The translations under genes were made by a program, and so were the position numbers. This document shows, piece after piece, positions 1 to 7,996 of a stretch of DNA of 61,320 bases. Source of the DNA: Thermoguttaceae bacterium (GTDB taxonomy: Bacteria > Planctomycetota > Planctomycetia > Pirellulales > Thermoguttaceae); contig JAGCAH010000156.1 of assembly GCA_017652805.1 (NCBI GenBank), forward strand, positions 1-61,320. The letters are read 5' to 3'. The notes under the pieces were generated by a model, which worked only from the letters and a program-made list of their open reading frames with translations, had not been told where the DNA came from and ran no database searches. Positions within the stretch are counted from its first letter, which is position 1. Each line of letters begins with the position of its first letter.

Positions 1-99
1 AGCACCAATCCTACAAACCTCGTGAAAGCTACGATTTCGGCCTTGGAAAGCCTCCGCACCAAGAATGAAGTCGCCAAACTGAGAGGAGTGGAACTGTAA
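1..99 (+). CDS. rpsE: 30S ribosomal protein S5, C-terminal fragment (5' end outside window)
   Basis: Frame 1 reads STNPTNLVKATISALESLRTKNEVAKLRGVEL*. This resembles the conserved S5 C-terminus. Stop TAA 97-99 overlaps the rplO ATG (99) by 1 nt. The position directly upstream of rplO fits an spc operon without rpmD. Confidence 0.6.
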   Translation, partial: STNPTNLVKATISALESLRTKNEVAKLRGVEL

Positions 100-596
100 T
101 GAACCTTACCGCTGTCAATAAAGAGATTACCAAAAACAAGGGGAAGAAACGCGTCGGCCGCGGTAATGGTTCCGGTTACGGAAAGACCGCCGCGCGCGGT
201 ATGAACGGTCAGGGATCCCGTGCCGGGTTCTCCCTCTCGGCCGGTTTCGAAGGGGGCCAGATGCCTCTGGTCCGCCGCGTCCCGAAACGGGGTTTCAACA
301 ACAAACGGTTCGCCGACATGGTTCAGAGCGTCACTTTGACGACCCTGGCTGCCGCTTTCGACGGGAAGGAAGCGATCACGCCCGACCTTCTCAAGCAGCT
401 TCGGATCGTTGACCGCGCCGCCGAATATGTGAAGATCATCGGCAACCAGGAGCTCGACAAAGCGCTGAACGTCAAAGCGCACGCATTCAGCAAGGGGGCC
501 CAGGCGGCGATCGAAAAGGCCGGCGGCTCGGTTGAGGTTCTCCCGCGCAAAAAGCCGGTCGTCAAAAATAAAATGAAGCAAAAGAAAGCCGAATGA
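99..596 (+). CDS. rplO: 50S ribosomal protein L15
   Basis: 165-aa ORF with 'KKRVGRGNGSGYGKTAARGMNGQGSRAG' (typical L15 Gly/Arg-rich N-terminus) and 'EGGQMPLVRRVPKRGF'. Gene order rpsE-rplO-secY. Confidence 0.95.
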   Translation: MNLTAVNKEITKNKGKKRVGRGNGSGYGKTAARGMNGQGSRAGFSLSAGFEGGQMPLVRRVPKRGFNNKRFADMVQSVTLTTLAAAFDGKEAITPDLLKQLRIVDRAAEYVKIIGNQELDKALNVKAHAFSKGAQAAIEKAGGSVEVLPRKKPVVKNKMKQKKAE

Positions 597-711
597 TTTT
601 TGACGTGTTAAATTCGACAATTTACATAGGATGTTAACAAGGAATTCAGCAGTCTTTGCCGGGCTGCTGATTTCTTGTTTATAACAATGATTGTTAAGAG
701 AGGCGGATCCC

Positions 712-2088
712 ATGTTTGAGAAAATGCGGACAATATTCTCGATTCCCGAACTGAGAAAAAAGATATTGCTCACACTCGGCCTTCTGGCGGTCTACCGTCT
801 GGGGTGGAATATTATGCTCCCGATGATCAACGCCAAGGCGCTTCAGGGGCTGGTGACCGGGAGTAACTTCTCGGAACTCCTCGAACGGGTGGCGGTCTTC
901 AGCGGTACTCAGCTCGATCAGATGACGATCTTCGGCCTGGGGATCATGCCTTACATTTCCGCCTCGATTATCTTCCAGCTTTTGGCAACGGTCTGGGAAC
1001 CGCTCAAAAACCTCCAAAAAGAGGGAGAGACGGGTCGAAAAAAGATCAACGAATATACCCGCTACGCGACGATCGCGATCTGCGTTCTTCAGAGTTACCT
1101 CTATATCCAGACACTCAACGCCCAGTCGCAGGTCGGTCAGCCGATTTTCTACGAGAACTGCGTGACCGCCTCCGGCTCGCTCCGTTTCTCGTGGCTCTTT
1201 ATGGCGGTGTTGATCATGACCACCGGAACCGCGTTTCTGATGTGGCTCGGCGAGCAGATCGACGAATACGGGATCGGTAACGGGATCAGCCTCCTGATCA
1301 TGGCGGGTATTCTGGCCCGCGCGCCGGAAGCGATCCACGACCTCTGGACGAAAGCTTCGTCGAACGGCGGTCTGACCCTCGGCACCGATTTCGGCGTCGA
1401 GACGATCGCCATTCTGATTCTTCTCTTCTTCCTGGTCGTTTTGGCCGTCGTCTTCGTGATGAAGGGGCAGCGCCGGATTCCGACGCAGAGCGCCAAACAT
1501 GTCCGCGGCCGTCAGGTCTACGGCGGCTCCAGCCAGTATCTGCCGCTGCGCGTCAATCAGGCGGGCGTCATGCCGATCATTTTCGCCAGCTCGCTTCTGA
1601 TGTTCCCGCAGTTCCTGGTCGCCTACATGGTTCAGCACTGGACCGATCCGACCACCTTCATGGGGAAATTTTCCTCGGCGCTCAACGGGATCTTTAACCG
1701 GGAGTCGTCGTTCACCTATGTGTTGATGGAGATCATTCTGATCTACTTCTTCTGCTACTTCTGGACGGCGGTCACCTTTAACCCGAAAGATATGTCCGAG
1801 AATCTTCAGAACCACGGTTCGTTCATCAAGGGGTACCGCCCCGGGAAACGGACCGCCGACTACCTCGAAAAGGTGATGATCCGCATTACCTACGTCGGTG
1901 CGGGGTTCCTGGCGATTATCGCCATTGTCCCGACGATCATCATGGCGATGCTTCACGTCGACTACCGGATTGCCGGGTTCTTCGGCGGGACGAGCCTTCT
2001 GATCGCCGTGAGCGTGGTGATCGACCTGGTCGATAAGATCGACAGCCACCTGATCATGCGCAACTACAAGGGGATCATCGAAAAATAG
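712..2088 (+). CDS. secY: Preprotein translocase subunit SecY
   Basis: The ORF track starts at TTG 691. The first ATG is at 712 and is preceded by a purine-rich SD-like 'AAGAGAGGCGG' (696-706). Polytopic membrane protein with SecY motifs ('GIMPYISASIIFQLL', 'GGTSLLIAVSV'). Conserved position between rplO and adk. Confidence 0.95.
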   Translation: MFEKMRTIFSIPELRKKILLTLGLLAVYRLGWNIMLPMINAKALQGLVTGSNFSELLERVAVFSGTQLDQMTIFGLGIMPYISASIIFQLLATVWEPLKNLQKEGETGRKKINEYTRYATIAICVLQSYLYIQTLNAQSQVGQPIFYENCVTASGSLRFSWLFMAVLIMTTGTAFLMWLGEQIDEYGIGNGISLLIMAGILARAPEAIHDLWTKASSNGGLTLGTDFGVETIAILILLFFLVVLAVVFVMKGQRRIPTQSAKHVRGRQVYGGSSQYLPLRVNQAGVMPIIFASSLLMFPQFLVAYMVQHWTDPTTFMGKFSSALNGIFNRESSFTYVLMEIILIYFFCYFWTAVTFNPKDMSENLQNHGSFIKGYRPGKRTADYLEKVMIRITYVGAGFLAIIAIVPTIIMAMLHVDYRIAGFFGGTSLLIAVSVVIDLVDKIDSHLIMRNYKGIIEK

Positions 2089-2132
2089 TCATCTTTCGGC
2101 TTACGCGCCGATTTGAAAAGAAGGATAAGAAA

Positions 2133-2702
2133 ATGGGAATGAAAGTCGTCTTTGTGGGGCCTCCGGGAGCCGGTAAAGGTTCGCAGGCCGAACATATCGT
2201 GAAGAAGTACAACCTTCTTCACCTTTCGACGGGGGATATGCTCCGCGCCGCGCGCGATGCCAAGACTCCGGTCGGTCTGAAAGCCGAAGAGTACATGTCG
2301 GCGGGGAAACTCGTTCCGGACGATGTGATCATCGCGATCATCAAAGAACGGATCGCCCAACCCGATTCGGATCGCGGTTTCCTCTTCGACGGTTTCCCGC
2401 GCACCGTGGTTCAGGCCGAAGAGCTTGACAAGGCGCTCGCCGCCCAGGGAACGAAGCTCGACGTCGTCCTCGAACTTCAGGTTCCCGAAGAGATCCTTTT
2501 CACCCGCCTGGCCTCACGCGGACGCGCCGACGACAAGCCGGAAGTGATCCGCCAGCGCCTGGTTTCGTACCACGAACAGACCGCCCCGCTGGTCGACTAC
2601 TACGGAAAAGCCGGGAACCTCGTCTCGATCGACGGGACCGGCACGATCGACGAGGTCTTCGTTCGGGTCGAGAAGGTGCTAGACGCGCTGAACGAAGGTT
2701 GA
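2133..2702 (+). CDS. adk: Adenylate kinase
   Basis: P-loop 'GPPGAGKGSQA', 'LSTGDMLRAA', 'GFLFDGFPRT'; short lid without Cys4 zinc knuckle. Sits between secY and map. Confidence 0.95.
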   Translation: MGMKVVFVGPPGAGKGSQAEHIVKKYNLLHLSTGDMLRAARDAKTPVGLKAEEYMSAGKLVPDDVIIAIIKERIAQPDSDRGFLFDGFPRTVVQAEELDKALAAQGTKLDVVLELQVPEEILFTRLASRGRADDKPEVIRQRLVSYHEQTAPLVDYYGKAGNLVSIDGTGTIDEVFVRVEKVLDALNEG

Positions 2703-2703
2703 T

Positions 2704-3531
2704 ATGCCTCTCAAGACCGAGCAGGAAATTCTCAAGATGCGCAAGGCCGGGCTTTTGGTCTGGTCGGCGCATCATCTGATTTCCGAGATCGTCTGCGCGG
2801 GGATGACGACCAAGGAGCTGGATGCCGAGGTCGACAAATTCTTCGCGTCGAACAGGGCCTTCCCCTGCTTCAAGGGGGTTCCGGGGCGCCGGTTCCCCTA
2901 TCCCGCGGCGACCTGCGTTTCGATCAACGAGCAGGTCGTCCACGCGATCCCTTCCGACCGCAAAATCGCCGAAGGGGATATCGTCAGCGTCGATACCGGA
3001 TGTAAGATCGACGGCTGGTGCGGCGACGCCGCCGACACCTACATGGTCGGAACGGTCGACGCCGAATCAAAAAAACTTGTTGATACAACCCGAGCCGCGC
3101 TCATGTTGGCGATCGAGAAACTCCGAACCGCCAAAATGTGGAGCGAAGTGGCCGGTCAGATGGAACGCTGTGTCAAGAAGAACGGATTCTCGGTTGTAGA
3201 AGTCTTTGTCGGACACGGAATCGGCCGACAGATGCATGAGGAACCCCAGGTTCCGAACTACGTCTACAACAGTTTTCTTCGGTACGGAGATTTCAAAATC
3301 CGTCCCGGCGTCGCGATCGCGATTGAACCGATGGTCAACGTCGGTACCAAGCGGATTCGCGAAGGGCGCGACGGATGGGAAATCACCACCGCCGACGGCA
3401 AACGGAGCGCTCATATCGAGCATTCCGTCGGGATTCTTTCGACCGGCCCGATCATCCTGACCGGACCGCCGACAACCGCCGAAGAAGAAGCGATGGTTAA
3501 AACTTTTTTCCAGCGCTATCGGGGGAAGTAA
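2704..3531 (+). CDS. map: Type I methionine aminopeptidase
   Basis: Metal-ligand motifs 'DIVSVDTG', 'GDAADTY', 'GHGIGRQMHEEP', 'IAIEPM', 'HIEHS'. Starts 2 nt after the adk stop. Confidence 0.95.
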   Translation: MPLKTEQEILKMRKAGLLVWSAHHLISEIVCAGMTTKELDAEVDKFFASNRAFPCFKGVPGRRFPYPAATCVSINEQVVHAIPSDRKIAEGDIVSVDTGCKIDGWCGDAADTYMVGTVDAESKKLVDTTRAALMLAIEKLRTAKMWSEVAGQMERCVKKNGFSVVEVFVGHGIGRQMHEEPQVPNYVYNSFLRYGDFKIRPGVAIAIEPMVNVGTKRIREGRDGWEITTADGKRSAHIEHSVGILSTGPIILTGPPTTAEEEAMVKTFFQRYRGK

Positions 3532-3612
3532 AAATTTCGGGAAATCTTTAAAAAAACCGGATTTTTTTGGTTTTCCGCTAAATTTACGGGATTATCGGTT
3601 TTTCCGCCCCCC

Positions 3613-3640
3613 TTGCAAAAAGAAAAACCGTCTGTATAAT
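3613..3640 (+). promoter_or_regulatory. Putative sigma70-type internal promoter of the alpha operon (TTGCAA-16 nt-TATAAT)
   Basis: 'TTGCAA' at 3613-3618 and 'TATAAT' at 3635-3640 lie in the 200-nt AT-richer gap between map and rpmJ, about 95 nt upstream of the rpmJ ATG. Sequence pattern only. Confidence 0.4.
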
Positions 3641-3733
3641 TCCCTAAGAGATTTTTTCTATGGTGCTCCCGGAGCGTCTTTATGCTCCTTCCGCGCCCTA
3701 TACCATCGACAAACGTAATTAAAGAGTGCTGTC

Positions 3734-3847
3734 ATGAAAGTCCGTGCAAGCGTGAAACGTATTTGCGAAAACTGCAAAGTGGTCAAACGGAAGGGCAAGG
3801 TCTACGTGATCTGCAATAATCCGCGTCATAAGCAGCGTCAAGGTTGA
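3734..3847 (+). CDS. rpmJ: 50S ribosomal protein L36
   Basis: Not in the ORF track (37 aa). Hand translation gives [37 protein letters not shown], the canonical L36 with its C-x2-C...C-x4-H zinc ribbon. Lies immediately upstream of rpsM. Confidence 0.9.
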   Translation: MKVRASVKRICENCKVVKRKGKVYVICNNPRHKQRQG

Positions 3848-3880
3848 AATTTAGCATCAGATCAGTAGGGAGAGATATTC

Positions 3881-4264
3881 ATGCCTCGTTTATTGGGTGT
3901 TGACATTCCGAACAACCGTCCGACCGTCATTTCGTTGACCTACCTTTACGGTGTCGGTCCGCATATCGCCGCCGAACTCTGCCGTAAGGCCGGCGTTGAT
4001 CCGTTGGCCCGCGCCAAAGACCTCAAAGAAGAAGAAGTCGCCAAACTGGCCGTTCTTCTCGACAACGACTACACCGTCGAAGGTCAGCTGCGCCGTCAGG
4101 TCAATCAGAACATTCAGCGTCTGCGCGAAATCGGTTGTTATCGGGGGATCCGCCACCGCAAGGGGCTCCCGGTCCGCGGTCAGCGCACCAAGACGAACGC
4201 CCGTACCCGAAAAGGCCCCAAAAAGACCGTCGCCGGGAAGAAGGGCGTCAAGGACCTGCGTTAA
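3881..4264 (+). CDS. rpsM: 30S ribosomal protein S13
   Basis: '[26 protein letters not shown]' and '[26 protein letters not shown]' are canonical S13. Confidence 0.95.
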   Translation: MPRLLGVDIPNNRPTVISLTYLYGVGPHIAAELCRKAGVDPLARAKDLKEEEVAKLAVLLDNDYTVEGQLRRQVNQNIQRLREIGCYRGIRHRKGLPVRGQRTKTNARTRKGPKKTVAGKKGVKDLR

Positions 4265-4379
4265 TCGCGCGGTTGATCTTCCGCACGGCCGCCCCGCCGC
4301 GGCCGGGTTCGGGTCTTTTACAGGTATATACACAAAAACATAAAACAAAAAATTTCCACATCGTTTTGGAGAGTAAAAA

Positions 4380-4766
4380 GTGGCGAAAGCAGTTGCGAAG
4401 AAGCGTAAGGTCAAGAGAAACGTTGCGAGCGGCGTCGCTCATATCAAGGTGTCTTTCAATAACACAAATGTGACGATCACCGATACCGCGGGCAACGTTC
4501 TTTGCTGGGCTACGGCCGGGACTTCCGGCTTCAAGGGGAGCCGTAAGAGCACCCCGTTCGCCGGTCAGATGGCTGCGCAGCAGGCCGCTGACAAGGCGAA
4601 GAAGTTCGGGATGAAAGACCTCGACGTCAAAGTCAAGGGACCCGGGAGCGGCCGCGACATGGCGATCACCGCCCTTCAGCAGGCCGGTCTGACGGTCAAG
4701 ACGATTGAAGACGTCACCCCGCTTCCGCACAACGGTTGCCGTCCTCCGAAACGCCGCCGCGTCTGA
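4380..4766 (+). CDS. rpsK: 30S ribosomal protein S11
   Basis: GTG start. '[22 protein letters not shown]', '[12 protein letters not shown]' and '[13 protein letters not shown]' are canonical S11. Confidence 0.95.
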   Translation: MAKAVAKKRKVKRNVASGVAHIKVSFNNTNVTITDTAGNVLCWATAGTSGFKGSRKSTPFAGQMAAQQAADKAKKFGMKDLDVKVKGPGSGRDMAITALQQAGLTVKTIEDVTPLPHNGCRPPKRRRV

Positions 4767-4864
4767 GCACGCCGGGCGCGCCTCTTTCGCGCGCTTTGTT
4801 CTTCAACCATTGAACTAAAAGAGATTAACGATTTTTATATATCACGGTTTGGAGTGATTTGATT

Positions 4865-5518
4865 ATGGCTCGAGAAACGGGTGCTGTTTGTAAAAAGTGT
4901 CGTCGTGAAGGGGTCAAGCTGATGCTCAAAGGAGCGCGTTGCGCCAGCGAGCATTGTGCGATGAACCGCCGTGCGTTTGCTCCCGGTATGCACGGGATGA
5001 AACGCGGTAAGCTGACCGAATACGGTATTCACCTTCGCGAAAAGCAAAAGGTCAAGACGTTCTACGGAGTTCTTGAAACGCAGTTCCGCAAGTATTACCG
5101 TATGGCTGAAGTCGCCAAAGGGAATACCGGGAAGGTTCTGATGTCGATCCTCGAACGCCGCCTTGACAATGTCGTCTATCGGCTCGGGTTCGCCTACAGC
5201 CGCGCCCAGGCCCGTCAGCTTGTCGCTCACGGCCACATTTTGGTCAACGGCAGCCGCGTCGACATCCCCAGTTACCTCGTCCGTACCGGCGATGTCATCT
5301 CGGTCAAGAACCGCAAGACGAGTCTCGAAGCCGTCAAACTCGCCGTCCTTGAAAACCGTAACGAAGTTCCCGATTTCCTCGCCAAGTCCGATACCGAAGT
5401 TCCGAGCGGGACGGTTCTCCGTCTCCCCGAAGCCGACGATGTCGCCGTTCCGGTCGACGCGCGCGGCGAGTCGGTTCCTTTCCAGCCGCAGCTGATCGTC
5501 GAGCTCTGCTCGAAGTAG
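4865..5518 (+). CDS. rpsD: 30S ribosomal protein S4
   Basis: The ORF track starts at TTG 4859. ATG 4865 lies 10 nt after 'GGAG' (4851-4854). 'CKKCRREGVKLMLKGARC', 'YGIHLREKQKVK', and an S4 RNA-binding domain 'RLDNVVYRLGFAYSRAQARQLVAHGHILVNG'. Confidence 0.95.
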   Translation: MARETGAVCKKCRREGVKLMLKGARCASEHCAMNRRAFAPGMHGMKRGKLTEYGIHLREKQKVKTFYGVLETQFRKYYRMAEVAKGNTGKVLMSILERRLDNVVYRLGFAYSRAQARQLVAHGHILVNGSRVDIPSYLVRTGDVISVKNRKTSLEAVKLAVLENRNEVPDFLAKSDTEVPSGTVLRLPEADDVAVPVDARGESVPFQPQLIVELCSK

Positions 5519-5586
5519 TCGCCCCGCCTGTCGGCATTTCGATTGCTGCTTTGTGAATGGTTAAACCTTTGTTGCGGAGTTGAAAG

Positions 5587-6585
5587 ATGAAAATTAACTG
5601 GAGAGGTATGGAATTGCCGAGTAAGGTCGCGGTTCGCGAGCTTACCGACACATACGGTGAATTTACGGTCGAGCCCTTTGAGCAGGGGTATGGGATTACG
5701 GTCGGCAACAGTCTCCGTCGGGTTCTTCTTTCGAGCCTCGAGGGGAGCGCGATCACCTCGATGAAGATCCGTACCGACGGCGGACACATCGTTCCTTCCG
5801 AATTTTCGACGATTCCGGGCATTCTGGAAGACGTTACCGAACTGGTGCTTAACATCAAATCGGTTATCGTTAAGGTGTCCGACGACAAGCCCCAGCACGT
5901 CATCCGCATTGAAAAGAACGAAAAGGGTGAAGTCACCGCCGGCGATATCATCCTCGACATGGGCGTTGAGATCATCAACCCCGAGCTCCATATTGCCACC
6001 CTGACCGACGACGTCAAGTTTGAGGTCGAGTTGGTCGTTGAAAAAGGACGCGGTTACGTTCCGGTCGCCGACGCGATGGAGAACAAAGACCGCAACGAAG
6101 ATCGCGGGGCGATCCCCCTCGACGCGTCGTTCAGTCCTGTATTGCGCGTTCAGTACTTTATCGAGCCGACCCGTGTCGGTCAGAAGACGACGTACGACAA
6201 GCTGATCCTCCGGATTTGGACCGACGGCTCGATCGAACCGAACTGGGCCCTGGTTGAGGCGGCGAAGATCCTTCGCAAACACCTGAATCCCTTTATTCAG
6301 GATTCCGGTCTCGGTCTGACGGTCTTCTCGCGCGGCGCCGCGGCCCGTGAAGGCGGGCACGATCCCTTCATGGAAGAGATTCTCTCGAAGTCGATCGAAT
6401 CGCTCAACCTTTCGGTTCGCGCCAAGAACAGTCTTGACTCCGACGGCGTTAAGACGATTCGCGACCTGGTTGTCCGGACCGAGGACGACCTGATGAATCT
6501 CCGCAATTTCGGCAGCACTTCGCTGGAAGAAGTCAAAACCAAACTTCGGGAAAACAACCTCACGTTGGGGATGCGTCTTTCCTGA
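5587..6585 (+). CDS. rpoA: DNA-directed RNA polymerase subunit alpha
   Basis: 332 aa. N-terminal domain 'FTVEPFEQGYGITVGNSLRRVLLSSLEG'. C-terminal domain 'IESLNLSVRAKNSLDSDGVKTIRDLV...LRNFGSTSLEEV'. Sits between rpsD and rplQ. Confidence 0.95.
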   Translation: MKINWRGMELPSKVAVRELTDTYGEFTVEPFEQGYGITVGNSLRRVLLSSLEGSAITSMKIRTDGGHIVPSEFSTIPGILEDVTELVLNIKSVIVKVSDDKPQHVIRIEKNEKGEVTAGDIILDMGVEIINPELHIATLTDDVKFEVELVVEKGRGYVPVADAMENKDRNEDRGAIPLDASFSPVLRVQYFIEPTRVGQKTTYDKLILRIWTDGSIEPNWALVEAAKILRKHLNPFIQDSGLGLTVFSRGAAAREGGHDPFMEEILSKSIESLNLSVRAKNSLDSDGVKTIRDLVVRTEDDLMNLRNFGSTSLEEVKTKLRENNLTLGMRLS

Positions 6586-6678
6586 ACCATTCGCGCCCTG
6601 CGCGATATCGATTTACCATAAGAACCATAGAGAACCGGTGCCGCGCCGCGGCATCTGAGAACGACAGGGGCTAAGGCC

Positions 6679-7251
6679 ATGCAACATAGAAAAGTTGGAA
6701 GAAAACTTGGACGTAATCCGAACCATCAGCGTGCTCTTTTGAAGAATCTCGCCTCGGCGCTCATTCTGACCGAACGCGATGCCAACGATTACGACACTCC
6801 AGAGATGGCGCCGAAGACTCAGGGGCGTATTGTGACGACCCTCATCAAGGCCAAAGAGCTCCGTCCGTTCGTCGAGCGCTGTGTGACTCTTGCCGTGAAG
6901 GCTCAGAAGTTCATCAAGGCCGCCGAAGACCTCAACTGCAAAGCCGCCCGCGGTACCGACCAGTGGAAAGAATGGCGTCAGGGAGAAGGGTGGAAAGCCT
7001 GGATCAAGGAAGCCGCTCCGGCGCTGGCCTATCGCCGCCGTGCGCTTCAGCTCCTCGGTTCAAAGGAAGCTGTGGCGGTTCTCTTTGACAAGGTCGCTCC
7101 GCGTTATGTCGGGCGTCCCGGCGGTTATACGCGTATTCTCCGTCTGGCCACCCCTCGTCTGGGCGACGCCGGCAAACGCGCTATCATCGAATTTGTCGGC
7201 GAAGAAACCCGCGCCAAGAAAGCCGCGTCGGTCATCCCGACGGTCGACTGA
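6679..7251 (+). CDS. rplQ: 50S ribosomal protein L17 (expanded, 190 aa)
   Basis: 'MQHRKVGRKLGRNPNHQRALLKNLASALI' and 'GGYTRILRLATPRLGDAGKRAIIEFV' are canonical L17 ends. There is extra internal sequence relative to the usual ~120-130 aa. Confidence 0.9.
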   Translation: MQHRKVGRKLGRNPNHQRALLKNLASALILTERDANDYDTPEMAPKTQGRIVTTLIKAKELRPFVERCVTLAVKAQKFIKAAEDLNCKAARGTDQWKEWRQGEGWKAWIKEAAPALAYRRRALQLLGSKEAVAVLFDKVAPRYVGRPGGYTRILRLATPRLGDAGKRAIIEFVGEETRAKKAASVIPTVD

Positions 7252-7282
7252 GTATCGGCGCCTTTCCGACGCTGTTAGTCTA

Positions 7283-7320
7283 AGAAGGAGGGAATCGGAT
7301 CGATTCCCTCCTTCTGTCTT
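7283..7320 (+). terminator. Hairpin terminator of the ribosomal operon
   Basis: Perfect 15-bp stem AGAAGGAGGGAATCG (7283-7297) / CGATTCCCTCCTTCT (7301-7315), 3-nt loop, then 'GTCTT'. It lies 32 nt after the rplQ stop. The U-tract is weak. Confidence 0.55.
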
Positions 7321-7411
7321 GAGACGGGAAAGTGACGGCGGCATTCCGCTCGGAATCAAATGGGGAATCCGTTTCAGGAGTGGGGAAGATCCCGCAAGGG
7401 GGGAACGTCTG

Positions 7412-7990
7412 ATGGCAAAGAACTATTTCAACTACACCGACCCGATCCGAGACGTCTGCCGCGACATCGTCTTAAAGCTCCCCGTCTTTTCACAAATCCG
7501 GATGGAGAATATCGCCGTTTCGCTCGTCCGAACGCGCAAACGCGAGATGTACGGCGTCTTCGCCTCGATGACCCCTCTGCGCTTCGAGGGGGGGGGACTG
7601 CGGGGAAAGCGGAACAATCGGCTTCTCGAAATGCCTCTCCTTCACGACAAAGAGAATCGGCCGATTCTCTATGTCCTTTCGATTTACATTCCGCGTTTCG
7701 TCGACCTGCCGATCGGCGAGAAGATCGATACACTGATACACGAGCTCTATCATATCTCGGCAAATTTCGACGGCTCGCTCCGTTCGTTCGGCGGACGCTA
7801 TTTCGCCCACGGCGCCTCCCAAAAAGAGTATAATCGAAAAGTGTCGGCCCTTTCGCGCCAGTGGCTCTCGGGTGATCCGCGGCCGGAACTGTGGGATTTT
7901 CTTCGGTACGACTTTAAAACCCTCTGCGAGCGTTACGGCGGACTGACCGGCACGAAGGTCAGAATCCCCCCGCTGAAAGTGGTCGGTTAG
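7412..7990 (+). CDS. HExxH zinc-metallopeptidase-like protein (SprT/zincin-like), function unknown
   Basis: In-frame ATG 7412 lies within track ORF 7040..7990, whose 5' part overlaps rplQ. SD-like 'AAGGGGGG' at 7396-7403. 192 aa with 'IDTLIHELYHISANFDG....RYFAHG'. The stop is 6 nt before the next gene. Confidence 0.6.
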   Translation: MAKNYFNYTDPIRDVCRDIVLKLPVFSQIRMENIAVSLVRTRKREMYGVFASMTPLRFEGGGLRGKRNNRLLEMPLLHDKENRPILYVLSIYIPRFVDLPIGEKIDTLIHELYHISANFDGSLRSFGGRYFAHGASQKEYNRKVSALSRQWLSGDPRPELWDFLRYDFKTLCERYGGLTGTKVRIPPLKVVG

Positions 7991-7996
7991 CGTGAT

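Noticed and set aside
3532-3733. Missing infA between map and rpmJ, possibly a decayed pseudogene
   Set aside because: The spacer is only ~200 nt. It is AT-rich and looks like a promoter plus 5' UTR (TTGCAA-16-TATAAT), with no S1-fold-like reading frame remnant.
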